This document shows positions 25,186 to 35,519 of a stretch of 64,000 bases of DNA, in pieces (positions within the stretch are counted from its first letter, which is position 1; each line of letters opens with the position of its first letter). The DNA is taken from the NCBI GenBank assembly GCA_035084275.1, contig CM068746.1, forward strand, positions 41,292,001 to 41,356,000, written 5' to 3'. The notes below the pieces were generated by a model, which was not told where the DNA came from, searched no databases, and was given only the letters and a program-made list of their open reading frames with translations. The stretch comes from Hydrolagus colliei (Eukaryota). The translations under genes were made by a program, and so were the position numbers.

Positions 25186-25326
25186 TAACGTTTGAAAATG
25201 GTGCGACGGACTTTATATATTTTCATTTTTAACTTTTCCTCATTGATTGCAAGATTGAACAATGATACGGTTGAGCTGATGAAATGTGTGCAGAAGCAGC
25301 TCCGTCAAGAGTTCACAGAGTTAGAC

Positions 25327-25358
<32 letters not shown>

Positions 25359-25365
25359 AGAGAGA
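25327..25365. repeat. (GA)n microsatellite
   Basis: Visible dinucleotide run. Confidence 0.95.
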
Positions 25366-26785
25366 AATGTCTCACTGGGCGAAAAAGAAATCACTTGGCA
25401 CACACGCATCAGCAGAACAATCAGGAATGATTTGTCGTCCAAAATGTATCGCGGGCAGATAAGAAAAACCACGGTAACAAAAAATAGGGACATTGTTGAT
25501 GGACAGCATCTCGATCAGCATCTCAAAGAGAAAGTGAGGTTACTGTCTGAAAGTTTTCCCACGTTCACACACTGATTGGCCTGTTTCTTTGCCACAGTGT
25601 TTTCATACATCACATTGCCATAGCTTCAGGCTCCCCTTTATCTCGAGTCTTCAAAAGAATTCATCTCAGTTACACAAGAAAGCAAAAGGTCACGGCTAGA
25701 GCACTTCAGGTGCTGTGTGAGAGCCCGGTGGTGAGAACGTGGCATGTGGAGACTGTTAATTACTGGATTCTTTAATCTGTCCTCACATTTGCCGGAGTAA
25801 GAAATTGAGACAGTCACTCTGCTAACACACGCTGAGGTAAAGAATCCCTTCAAGTCTCTGCATTTAGAAGATTGCGGGCTAAACCTTTTAAGTACTGTAC
25901 ACCACTGGTGTCTGCTAATAACCAAATCACAACTGCGGTCTGTCTCAATGCGGCCATTTAGAAAAGGAAACGTGGTCACTCGATCCTCGACTGTTTGTGG
26001 GACAACGCCGTGTGGAATAGGATGCGGTGGTCTGCCCACTAAATACACAGACAATTCACTTTAAAATATATTCTGTGAAGGGCTCGACAATGTGATAAGG
26101 GGCTTTGTCATTAGTATAAAGTCTGTTCAAGTTCTTCACATTCAGAACTGTATCGTGTCGTGTCGTGTCTGCTAATAAACAGATGAGAACTTTTGATCTT
26201 AAACAGCTGTGAGTTATTTACACATCAGCTCATGGTCCGTTCCATTGGTGCTATTGAAACCACGGTAGACGGTTTCTACCACCTAGACAAGCTGGTCTCC
26301 TCCGCTTATACCAGCTTGTCTCCTCCACTCAGCTGTCTCTGGTGAACAAATGGCCCGATCAGCATCGGAAAGTGGAAGACTTCCCTTCCCCTCCCCTGCC
26401 TATCCGACATCTGCGGCCGGGTCTTCAGCTTCTCTACACCCACTCTCTGGAACACCATCCCACAGCCCCACCAGAGCATCCATTCCAGTTGTTATTCACA
26501 GAATGTACATTGTAAAGTAGATTGACTTGTGTATTTGTGTATTTTGTGGGTGAAACACAGCAGCCAATTGCGCACTGTCTAGTTCCTACTTACTGCTAGG
26601 TAAACACGTGCGTGGAATAAGGAAACTTGGTTAAAGTTTCTTCCCACTCGGGAATCAAACCTAGGTCTCCTGGTTTGTGAGGTGAGCGGGCTAGTCAACA
26701 CTACAGGACTCAGATTTCCAGTAACCGTTTGTTTTGCCCACAAAATTTCATAATCCTTGCATCTGATTTATCACCTTATCACATC

Positions 26786-27121
26786 ATAATAATAATCCTT
26801 GCATTTGATATAGCGGCTTTTCACATCTTATTGACGTCTCAAAGCGCTTCACAGAATATACTGTAAAGTGAATTGACTGTATACTTGTGGGCAAAACGCC
26901 CACAAAAAAGTTTTGAGCCAATTGCGCACAGCAGCGTCCCCCACAAACCGTTGTGGATTGAAATGACCAATTTTATTATTGTGTTTTTTTGGGGGGGACG
27001 GATTATTATCAGGCGTGTGGAGTAAGGAAAGTTGCCCAAGGTTTCTCCCTGACCTGCCTGGATTTGAAACACAGGTCTCACACTTGTAAGGCGAGTGCTC
27101 TAACCTCTAGAGCTACAGAAG
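26786..27121 (-). mobile_element. Short-form SINE, full length, nested in an older SINE
   Basis: Complete head-to-tail copy; the host SINE tail lies at 26749-26785 and resumes at about 27125-27175. Confidence 0.93.
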
Positions 27122-27556
27122 TTCCACAATGGAACCGTTTCAAAGTTTTCACATGATATGCTGTAAAAGTATATTTGTTTTCCGTTTTGGGACATCTGAC
27201 CGATGTGCTGCAACAAATGCATAGTATACTGTTATTATTTTATTATTTTGATCATTACATTGCACATTGAATCAATGCAAGCAATTAGTCACATCACATT
27301 CACCGTGAACTGAAACTCGTTTATGCAACCATTTGTATCAGTTCTCAAACCAGCAAGAAATAAAATTGCAGCCACACCGCTGACGCTACGTTTGCCTTCA
27401 AAATACACACCATTATTCTACAATGAAGCCTCCTACGGACTGCTTGTTGAGACATCCTCCCGGTGTGAAAGGTGCCTCATCAAACGCGAGGATTATTATT
27501 AGTAATAATGAACCAAACCAGTTGGAAGCAATTGAAGCAAAGCTCCCGAAGAGAAG

Positions 27557-28040
27557 TGTTCCTGATTGTGAAAGGCTGAAGGGATCATGAAGTCAACAGC
27601 TCAGCAATGCAATTGAGGATGTCACAAGCAGAACAATTGCCTATCAGGCCGACTTGTGGGGCCCAAAACGACTGTGAAAGATTGCGGTGAATGAGATATC
27701 ATAATGGCCTCTCAACCACCGCGGTTAAATAAAACAGTTTGCTGTCCTCCTCCTTTCTGACAGGCACAAACCTCACTGCTTCCCTCTCAGATAGGGCTTT
27801 GAGAATCCAAGCACTGACTCACTGAAGTTGGCAGCTAGTCCCTGCTGATATTTTTGAGATCTATGTTCATCTTTCTTGTACCCAAATCTTGGTTCTGTTC
27901 AATCAAACTTTAGGTGTGTGTGATCTTGAATCTGACGAGGTCTTTGAATAAACTCTGTCTTTCAGAGGGACGGTTGGGTTGGAATTAATGTGAAGGGATT
28001 TGGTGTCCCCCCCGCACACTGAGAGCTAGGGAACGTAACA
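27557..28040 (+). mobile_element. Possible solo LTR (5' boundary uncertain)
   Basis: AATAAA at about 27947 followed by a ...gggaacgtaaca end, typical of Gypsy-type LTR 3' termini; no convincing TSD. Confidence 0.3.
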
Positions 28041-28699
28041 GTACAGATCATGAGCTTGTGAGGAGAGTCTTGGTATTTTCAGACCGGATAGATAAAGCAA
28101 TGATACACTCCAGTATTCTACATTGTTGCCTAATTAATAAATCCAACGCACAGCACATATAGGGAGAAAAATTGCCAATCTGTCAAAATTAAAAGCTTTC
28201 TGTGAAGTCGGTGGGAGTGTGGAGGAATTGTGTGCGTACTGAGTCTTGTGGGGGAGGCAGGATCGAACAGCCGCCTAATCTGAACCCACTGGCTGTGACG
28301 GAACAAGTCAAGAGCACGATTTGAATCAGACTCTCTGCAAGACATCAAGAAGAGAGATAAGCAACTGGGCAGTCAGGGCAGGTTTATGGCATCTTACCTT
28401 TTCGCAAAATGAAAAAATTAATTGCGTCATAGATCATGTCCAGAGGTAGCCAAGAAGCGACGTGAGAGAAGCTTGGAAGCTGTTCTGCCGCACTTTTGTT
28501 TTACTCTCAAGCCAACAGTAAAGGCCGACAAGCAGAAAGGTTCTGTCCTCTGCAACTTCCTGCAGCTCCAGGAAAACATCAAAGCCACATGCCAAGTACC
28601 TGCCCCAGACCAAAACAACTCTCCGGGTCAAAACATGTCTCCTCTGGTTCTTGTGCCAATTACCTTAAATCCGTGGGCCCTGATTACTGACCAGACTTT

Positions 28700-28913
28700 G
28701 GTCTCTAGAAGTTTCCCCACCACCAGAGTTAGGCTGACTGGCCTGCAGTTCCCAGGTTTATCCCGTTCCCCTTTTCTGAACACGGATGTAACCTTTACAA
28801 ATCCCAGTCCTCCAGCACCACTCCCTTATCCAAGGAGGATTGAAAGATTATGGCCAGAGCCTCCGCTATATCCACCCTAACTTCACTCAGCGATTTAGGA
28901 TGCATCTCATCTG
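28700..28913 (-). mobile_element. CR1 LINE internal fragment
   Basis: DEMHPKSLSEVRVDIAEALAIIFQSSLDKG..DKPGNCRPVSLTLVVGKLL. Confidence 0.92.
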
Positions 28914-29708
28914 CAATGCAACGATATTTTAAAAATGCAAGGATTATTCAGGGCAGCGTGCTGTTGTCAACGGAGATCACAGCAAGAAGACCAGGCTTGA
29001 TTTTTTCCTCAGTGTTGATCGCACTCACTCGCTGCCTCCCAACAGACCTGAAAATAATCATCAGAGTGCTCTGAAAACCTCACTTTACACTGTGATCTGA
29101 GCAGAAACGCAATCGGAAAAGACTTTCAGGCCTTTGCCTGCTGCCTTTGGCATCTGACTGGCAATCCGCCTGCCACCTTCCACCAGATGCAAGTCATGTA
29201 ATCATGATCAGAGGTCACAAAATACATCATTTCAGTACAGATTTGGATGTCACTTGCCACCATGAAATGAAGCTGTGTTCTGATTTGAGAATGTTGAATC
29301 GGAGCTGGGGGTGGTTCCTGAAGAAATAAAGTCCAAGTTTATTGTGACTATGAATATCTATTTCTCCTCCATTCAGCACACGGTGGTGGGTGGGGTGGGG
29401 GGGGGAGTGGGGAGGGGACAGCGCAAAACCAGCATCTCTTGACTAAATTAACAGAAATCACACAAATTAATTTCAAAGGAAAGATAATCACCCATTTAAA
29501 AATGAATGTTGGGAGAGGGGCTGGGGCTAGTTGCTAGAGGATTTCAATGTTAACCAGTGACCTCTATCTCCTGGCAAGATCACATACTACAGTATATTCT
29601 GTGAAGCGCTTTGAGACGTCTAGAAAAGCACTATTTCAAATGCAAGGATTATTATTTTTATAGCAGCAATAATCTTTTCAATCTGACCTAGTGCGTATCA
29701 CATTGCCA

Positions 29709-30046
29709 TGTCCTGTAGCCTAGTGGTTAGAGCACTCGCCTCACAACCGAGATGACCCAGGTTTGATTCTTAGGTAAGTTTCCTGACTCCGCACGCCTCT
29801 GTTTATCCAGCAGTAAGTAGGAACCAGGTTATAAGTCAATTGGTGGATCGCTTTCCAAAGGTAATAATCGCACTAAAAAACAAACTGGTCACTTAATCAT
29901 GACTGTGTGTGGGACACTGCTGTGCATAATTGGCTGTCACAGTTTGCTCGCAAAATACACAATTCACTTTACAATATATTCTGTGAAGCTCGCTGAGACA
30001 TCTCAACAACATGATAAGGCTCTATCTGAAATACAAAGATTATTAT
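29709..30046 (+). mobile_element. tRNA/CORE-like SINE, near full length, long form
   Basis: A box tagcctagtggttag, anticodon-like ctcgcctcacaaccgag, CORE-like gcctctgtttatccagcagtaagtagg and tail gattattat. Confidence 0.92.
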
Positions 30047-30049
30047 CTA

Positions 30050-30187
30050 CACTGATGAAGAGTTGTAGACCCGAAACGCTGACTCTTTTTCCTCTCTCCA
30101 TGGATGCTGCCTGACCTGCTGAGTTTCCCCAGCAACTTCTGTTTTTGTTTCAGATTCCCAGCGTCTGTAGTATTTTGTGTTTTGTTT
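30050..30187 (+). mobile_element. Penelope-like element terminal repeat fragment with hammerhead-ribozyme relic
   Basis: CTGATGA(30052)-agagttgtagaccc-GAAAC(30073), then gatgctgcctgacctgctgag..tttcagattcccagcgtctgtagtatttt. Confidence 0.72.
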
Positions 30188-30574
30188 ATTATCTCCCCTG
30201 TTCGTTTTACTTTGTTGACAAAAGCAGCAGCCAATCTGTGCATTCCGTGATCTAGCCAGAAATTCCCAATTCTGGGGGAGGGGGTGGGGGGAATGTTGGG
30301 CAGGACACCGGGGGAAAGTTACTCTTCATTTCGGATTGTGTCATAGCAATATCTCCGTCAGAATAATAATCCCAAATCTTCCTTCCTATTTGTCTTCGTT
30401 AAATCAGACAAATGTATCGATGGCGAGTTGGCGACATACATCTAATAAAAAGCACAAGACTTCAATAAAAATAATGGAACAAAACCCTTTACAGCAACCA
30501 ACACACTTCCTCTAAAAAACCACAGTTGAAAGAACAACAATGTATATTATAGTTCCTGATAATCTGTTATATAT

Positions 30575-30732
30575 AACAGATTATCAGGAAGGGTGGTTAA
30601 GGCCGAGACACTGGAGCTCATTTAAAAAGCATCTTGATAAGGTGATGAGGGTGGGGAACGGCAGGCTGGTGCTCTGGAGGAATGAGATCAGATGGGTCAG
30701 TGGGGCCTTTTTCATCTGAATCGATCCTGTGA
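30575..30732 (+). mobile_element. Old CR1 3' end (same family as 20785-21212)
   Basis: aacagattatcaggaagggtggttaaggccgag..tttaaaaagcatcttgataaggtgatg..gatgggtcagtggggcctttttcatc. Confidence 0.7.
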
Positions 30733-31261
30733 CTAAAACGTCACTGATAGTATTTTGATAGACTGAAACGTCAGTGGAGTTGAAAATGAATAAATCCCTC
30801 TCTACGGGGTACAGATAGATGTGATGTCAAATTCCAGTGCTTGCATCTCATTCCAATAAATATCACCAATTTATATCCATTGTGTGGAGAACATAAAACA
30901 TTCAGATCATCGTAAGCTTTGAGTTTGTTGGTGCAATAAATAATTAGAGCATTATAATAAAAAAAAACTGTTTTTCACGGGTGAAACTAGATAAACTAAA
31001 ATTTTGTGACTGCAGGAGGAAACAGATGTTTGCTGCTTAGGGGTATAAAGGTAATGAAAAGGCCTCAACGTCACAGCACTCGTTCAGTTAATTAGCAAAC
31101 ATCTGTTTCTAAGTTTCACTACCACATCTATTTATAACTTCACCTGAGCGGAGCAGAGAACCACTGCGGAAAAAGTCAATCCATCAGCACCAAGGTTTTG
31201 TGGGACCTATTAACAGGCTTTTCAAGAGAAAATGGGGGAAATGGGGGAAATTAAACGTTTG

Positions 31262-31760
31262 TTCCAACAGCGAATTACATTTGTAAAAGGGGGAAACTTT
31301 GGGAAGACATCCCAAAACGCTGGAAAAACAAGCATTTGGATCTGAGCTGGAAGCGGGAATCAGGAGGGGTGGGGGCAGGGAGGGAAAGGTTAGCAGTGTG
31401 TCTGGAGGTGCGGTCAAAGAGGGTCTCGAGGCAGGTCTTATGGGAGACAAGTGAGAGGGAGGGGTGCTCAGGGATGGAGTTTCAAAGGATGGCAGCAGAG
31501 GCTGAAGGTCTGACCACCGATGGTGAGGAGGGCAGGGAGGGGAATGTGGAACAGGCCAGAGCCCGCTGTGCGGAGGAAGTGGACAGGCAGGTATGGAGTT
31601 AGGAGGTTATAGAGGGAGGAAACAGCGAGGCCAAGGATGGCTTCGAAACCAAGAAAGAGGATTTTTAACTCTATCCTCTTGGAAGTTGTGGAACCAGTGG
31701 AGCCGGGCAAGGGTGAGGGTGATTGGATCATAGAGCGAGAACCTGAGCTGCAGACGTGAC
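31262..31760 (-). mobile_element. L2 LINE 3' end
   Basis: RIELKILFLGFEAILGLA..LLTPY..LRTAGSGL.HIP. Confidence 0.88.
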
Positions 31761-32044
31761 ACAAAACATCACTTTTCGAATAAAAAAAATTCACTTCCTT
31801 GCTCAATAAATAAACATTCGTATTTGCATTTGACAGAACATCTCATCAGGGTCACTGAAACTTCTAATTGCTTCACCAGATTTTGCGGAATGCGCAACCC
31901 AAAGCAGCAGTCAATTTGTACACGGCAACGCTCTGTATAAAAGGCATGAAGGGAATGACTAACTGTTTGTCATAAGGTGTACAAACAATTTTAAACAGGG
32001 TTGGAGTTGTAAACCAAGATCCATACCTTAAGATGTATCAAGAA

Positions 32045-32368
32045 ATAATAAAAATAATAATCCTTGCATTTGATATAGCGGCTTTTCACATCTTATCGAC
32101 GTCTCAAAGCGCTTCACAGAATAGACTGTAAAGTGAATTGACTGTGTATTTGTGGATGAAACAAGGCAGCCAATTGCGCACAGCAGCGTCCCCCACAAAC
32201 AGTCGTGAATTGAAATGACCAATTTTATTATTGTGGTTTTGTTTTGGACGGTTTATTATTATGTGTGTGGAGTAAGGAAACTTGCCCAAGGTTTCGCCCT
32301 GACCTGCCTGGATTCGAACACAGGTCTCATGCTTGTAAGGCGAGCGCTCTAACCACTGAGCTACAGGA
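32045..32368 (-). mobile_element. Short-form SINE, full length, low divergence
   Basis: Intact A and B boxes and (ATT)n tail. Confidence 0.95.
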
Positions 32369-32369
32369 A

Positions 32370-32545
32370 AGAAAGCAGAACATGGGGATAGAACTGTAAA
32401 GGGACAATTTCAGAACAGACACAAGAAGGTCTTTCTTTGTGCAAAGAGCAATAAGCTACTGGAAAAAAGTTGCCAGGAAAGCAAGTTTCAAGCCAAGGCA
32501 ATGGATTTATTTACAAAGCAGCTTGATGCTGTGATGAGGGAATGT
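32370..32545 (+). mobile_element. Old CR1 fragment
   Basis: gtaaagggacaatttcagaacagacacaagaagg..tactggaaaaaagttgccagg..cagcttgatgctgtgatg. Confidence 0.7.
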
Positions 32546-32967
32546 TGAGAGGATGTCTCAATGCTCTTCACAGGATGTACAGTAAAACACAGTGACTGTG
32601 TATTTTGTGGATAAAATTTGTGGACTACAATACTCCACAATCAGCCATGAAGTGAATGACTACTTTTATCTGTGAGATTGTTGGCCAGGACACTGGGAGA
32701 AAACTTCATTTTCTCCGTTTACTTGAAGTTTGAGCGAGTAATTCAATCCGCGTGGATAAAACATTTATTTCTATCTCAAATGAGACTTAGCGAAAGAACT
32801 GATCTAGCGAAAGAAAGCTAGACCAGTTCTCCAGGCAGACAGCTCCTATTGTGTTTCTGTTCAATTTTAATGCTGATTCTTGCTTCATCCGTCAAGCAGA
32901 TGGATCAATTAATGCGTATTTTATGAGCAACATCTGAGGGCCACTCATAAACCATTCTTTTTTTTTG

Positions 32968-33470
32968 CTCAGCTGGGTGTCTAAGCACCGTGCTTAGGAG
33001 GATCCAAACCAAACTGGAGAATTCATTGCATCCCATCCACATATGGAAATTCCAGAGATACTGTACTTTGTTGCAATGGAGAGACCCATCCTCCGTACCT
33101 TAGCATTAAGGACGGGTTGGCAGCAGCTGAGACTTGGGGGACGCCTGGCGTGTAACCAGCTAAAAGTGCACAGCTCGCCATTGATAACAATGTCTGCTTG
33201 TCCCACAAGGACCACCTCACCCGTTACCTCTTGGGTTTGCAGGATTATCAGGAGCTGAGTAGGAGTATTCCCTGCCCCCCAGTGACTGCCTTTCCAATTC
33301 CTGCCGATGAGCCAGGCTGGCTGTGCTGTCCTCAGCAGGTTCCTGGAGAACCGCTGACCTGCCTGGCTCAGGAACTGGACTATCGAGACTCCCCAGGGAG
33401 CCGGGCAAAGTTACATCCTTCCAGGAAGAACGCGCAGTGCGAAAACAGAACAGTCGCGCTTGACAGTGAA
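32968..33470 (+). repeat. Unclassified interspersed repeat, copy 3
   Basis: atccaaaccaaactggagaattcattgcatcccatccacatatggaaattccagaga matches the reverse complement of 841-897; gagccaggctggctgtgctgtcctcagcag matches 3699-3728. Confidence 0.75.
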
Positions 33471-33504
33471 ATTGTGTGGGTTAAAAGTTGTTTTTCTTGC
33501 CAAC

Positions 33505-33680
33505 CTTTCATCTCGACCATTGCCTTTGGTCATCCTCCTACCCCAACCCTCCCTACCCTGCACTGCCCTTGACCCCAATCCTCAGCTCAGGTGCAAAACC
33601 TTGACTGTCTAGCGCTCATGAACATTGTCCTCCTGACGTGAAAGGCGCTATACAAATGCAATTTGGTTGTTGTTGTTGTC
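33505..33680 (+). mobile_element. L2 3'UTR and tail
   Basis: tcctcctgacgtgaaaggcgctatacaaatgcaatttggttgttgttgttg. Confidence 0.85.
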
Positions 33681-34329
33681 CACACAATATGAAAGGTGTT
33701 ATACAAACGTAATGTATTCAAGCACATGTTAGGGCTCTATATTAAATGCAAGGTGAGTGGTACTAGTAAATAAGAGATAAATACTGTAATCTTGCTTTTT
33801 CAACTGAGCCAAATGGAAATGAAGCTCAGAGTCTCTTCACATCGTACACAGCACTAACGTCAGGGCTGAATAGAGGCAACAGGAGCTGACTCGACATGAT
33901 GCCAGTTAATTTTTAACTTCATGAAAAAGCCAGGAGTCCCGCTGTCTGCTTATAAAACACTGTTGATTCCCCAAACGGTGATCGATCCTTGCACCAGCAA
34001 ACGTTCGCAGTCGAGTGGGTAGAACGGATGAGATGAAAAGGCCCAAAGTGGCCTCTCCATCCAAACCTCTCTCACTGTCTTGTGGGACTTTCTCCCTTGC
34101 ATCAGCTCACCAATGCTTTACACCCTGGATCCCTCAAACTCGGTACAGTATTTTAGTATTTGCAGCAATCCAGTGTGAAAATGGTACGAGACACGTGCAA
34201 ACTGTCCAGTGCCCGACAGTTTTCAGAGAAACATTACCCCAAAGCAATGTGATGTTGTTCTCACCTACTGCACAAACAGAAATCAGCGGAAAAGTGAAAG
34301 GAACTATACAAATATAATTTGTTGCTGTA

Positions 34330-34610
34330 GTTATTTTGATATAACACCTTATCACATCTTCGAGACTTCATAAAGCGAATATACTGTGAAGTGAATCGGC
34401 TGCGTATTTTGTGGGAGAATCGAGATTGCCTACTGCACACACCAGTGTCCCACAAACAGTAGTGATTGAATGACCCCGGAAAGAGATCTGCCAATCCACT
34501 AACAACTGAGTTCCTCCGAACTGCTGAGGAAACAGAGGCAAGTGGAGTAAGGAAACTCGCCTAAGGTTTTGTCCCGGCCAGGAATCAAACCCGGGTTTGA
34601 ACTCTCGCTT
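34330..34610 (-). mobile_element. tRNA/CORE-like SINE (long form), diverged
   Basis: Body, CORE-like block and B-box region. Confidence 0.8.
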
Positions 34611-35519
34611 CTCCAAATTTTTAAATCATCGCTTTGCTTCCTGGCTGGCTTTTTCAGAGAGTCATTTCAATGCATCTGGACCTGTTCACTTCAAGCTCCA
34701 GACTGATTTACAATCCACAGGCTTGCTTTCACAAGATCCAGCCTATCCTGTCCACACGACTGACACAGAGAATGGGCCAGAATGAACGCAACCAATAAAT
34801 CTGTGTAACAGTTTAACATGAGTTCGATCAGCCGCAGATGCAACGTGGGGGATAGCGACAAGGTTATGTTGCAGGAACGAGAGATGAAGAGTGATTAGAT
34901 AAGCCAGTGATTGCTCTTCCGTCTTGAAAAGAGATGCCTCAGAGGGAACATTACCAAAGTGTACAAGATGCAGAATAAATAATGGAAGTTGAACCAGGAA
35001 TAAAAGTACTTTCAGATACGCCAGGTCAGCAGCGGAAGTGGTTCAGGGTTCAGCATTTCAGGCTGCGCGTTATATAATAATAACAAGAGGAATCCTTGCA
35101 TTTGACATAGTGGCTTATTGAGACATCTCACAGGCCTTCGCAGAATATATTGCAAAGTCAACTGATTGTATTTTGTGGGCGAAACATGGCAGGGCAAAGC
35201 AGTGAACCAAAGTGGAGAGGTGAGGGCACTAACCACTATGCTCTTGGTCTCCATAGGTCTTAACTTTTTCAAGCAGAAGTCAACAGCCCATTTTGCCCAG
35301 TTTCAAATGTTTTGTTTCCATGGCTCAGTGAAGAAACAGCATGACGTTGTGACAGGAAGGCAACAGGGTGAGTTTTTCTGAAATGATGAGGTTAAATTAT
35401 CCAAAGAATGAGATTCAATATGCTGACGGATATTCGCGTTTTGTAGCATAAAGTCTGGTGATTGCATATGGTTGCATACAAATACGGCAGCCAATTTGCA
35501 CAAAGCAATGTCTCACAAG

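Noticed and set aside
25192-25575. 127-aa ORF with a DTVELMKCVQK segment reminiscent of neuroligin/carboxylesterase
   Set aside because: The similarity is limited to about 10 residues, the ORF runs through a (GA)n microsatellite, and no flanking family motifs are present.
28422-28880. 152-aa ORF
   Set aside because: The 3' half is antisense CR1 and the 5' half has no recognisable domain or splice structure.
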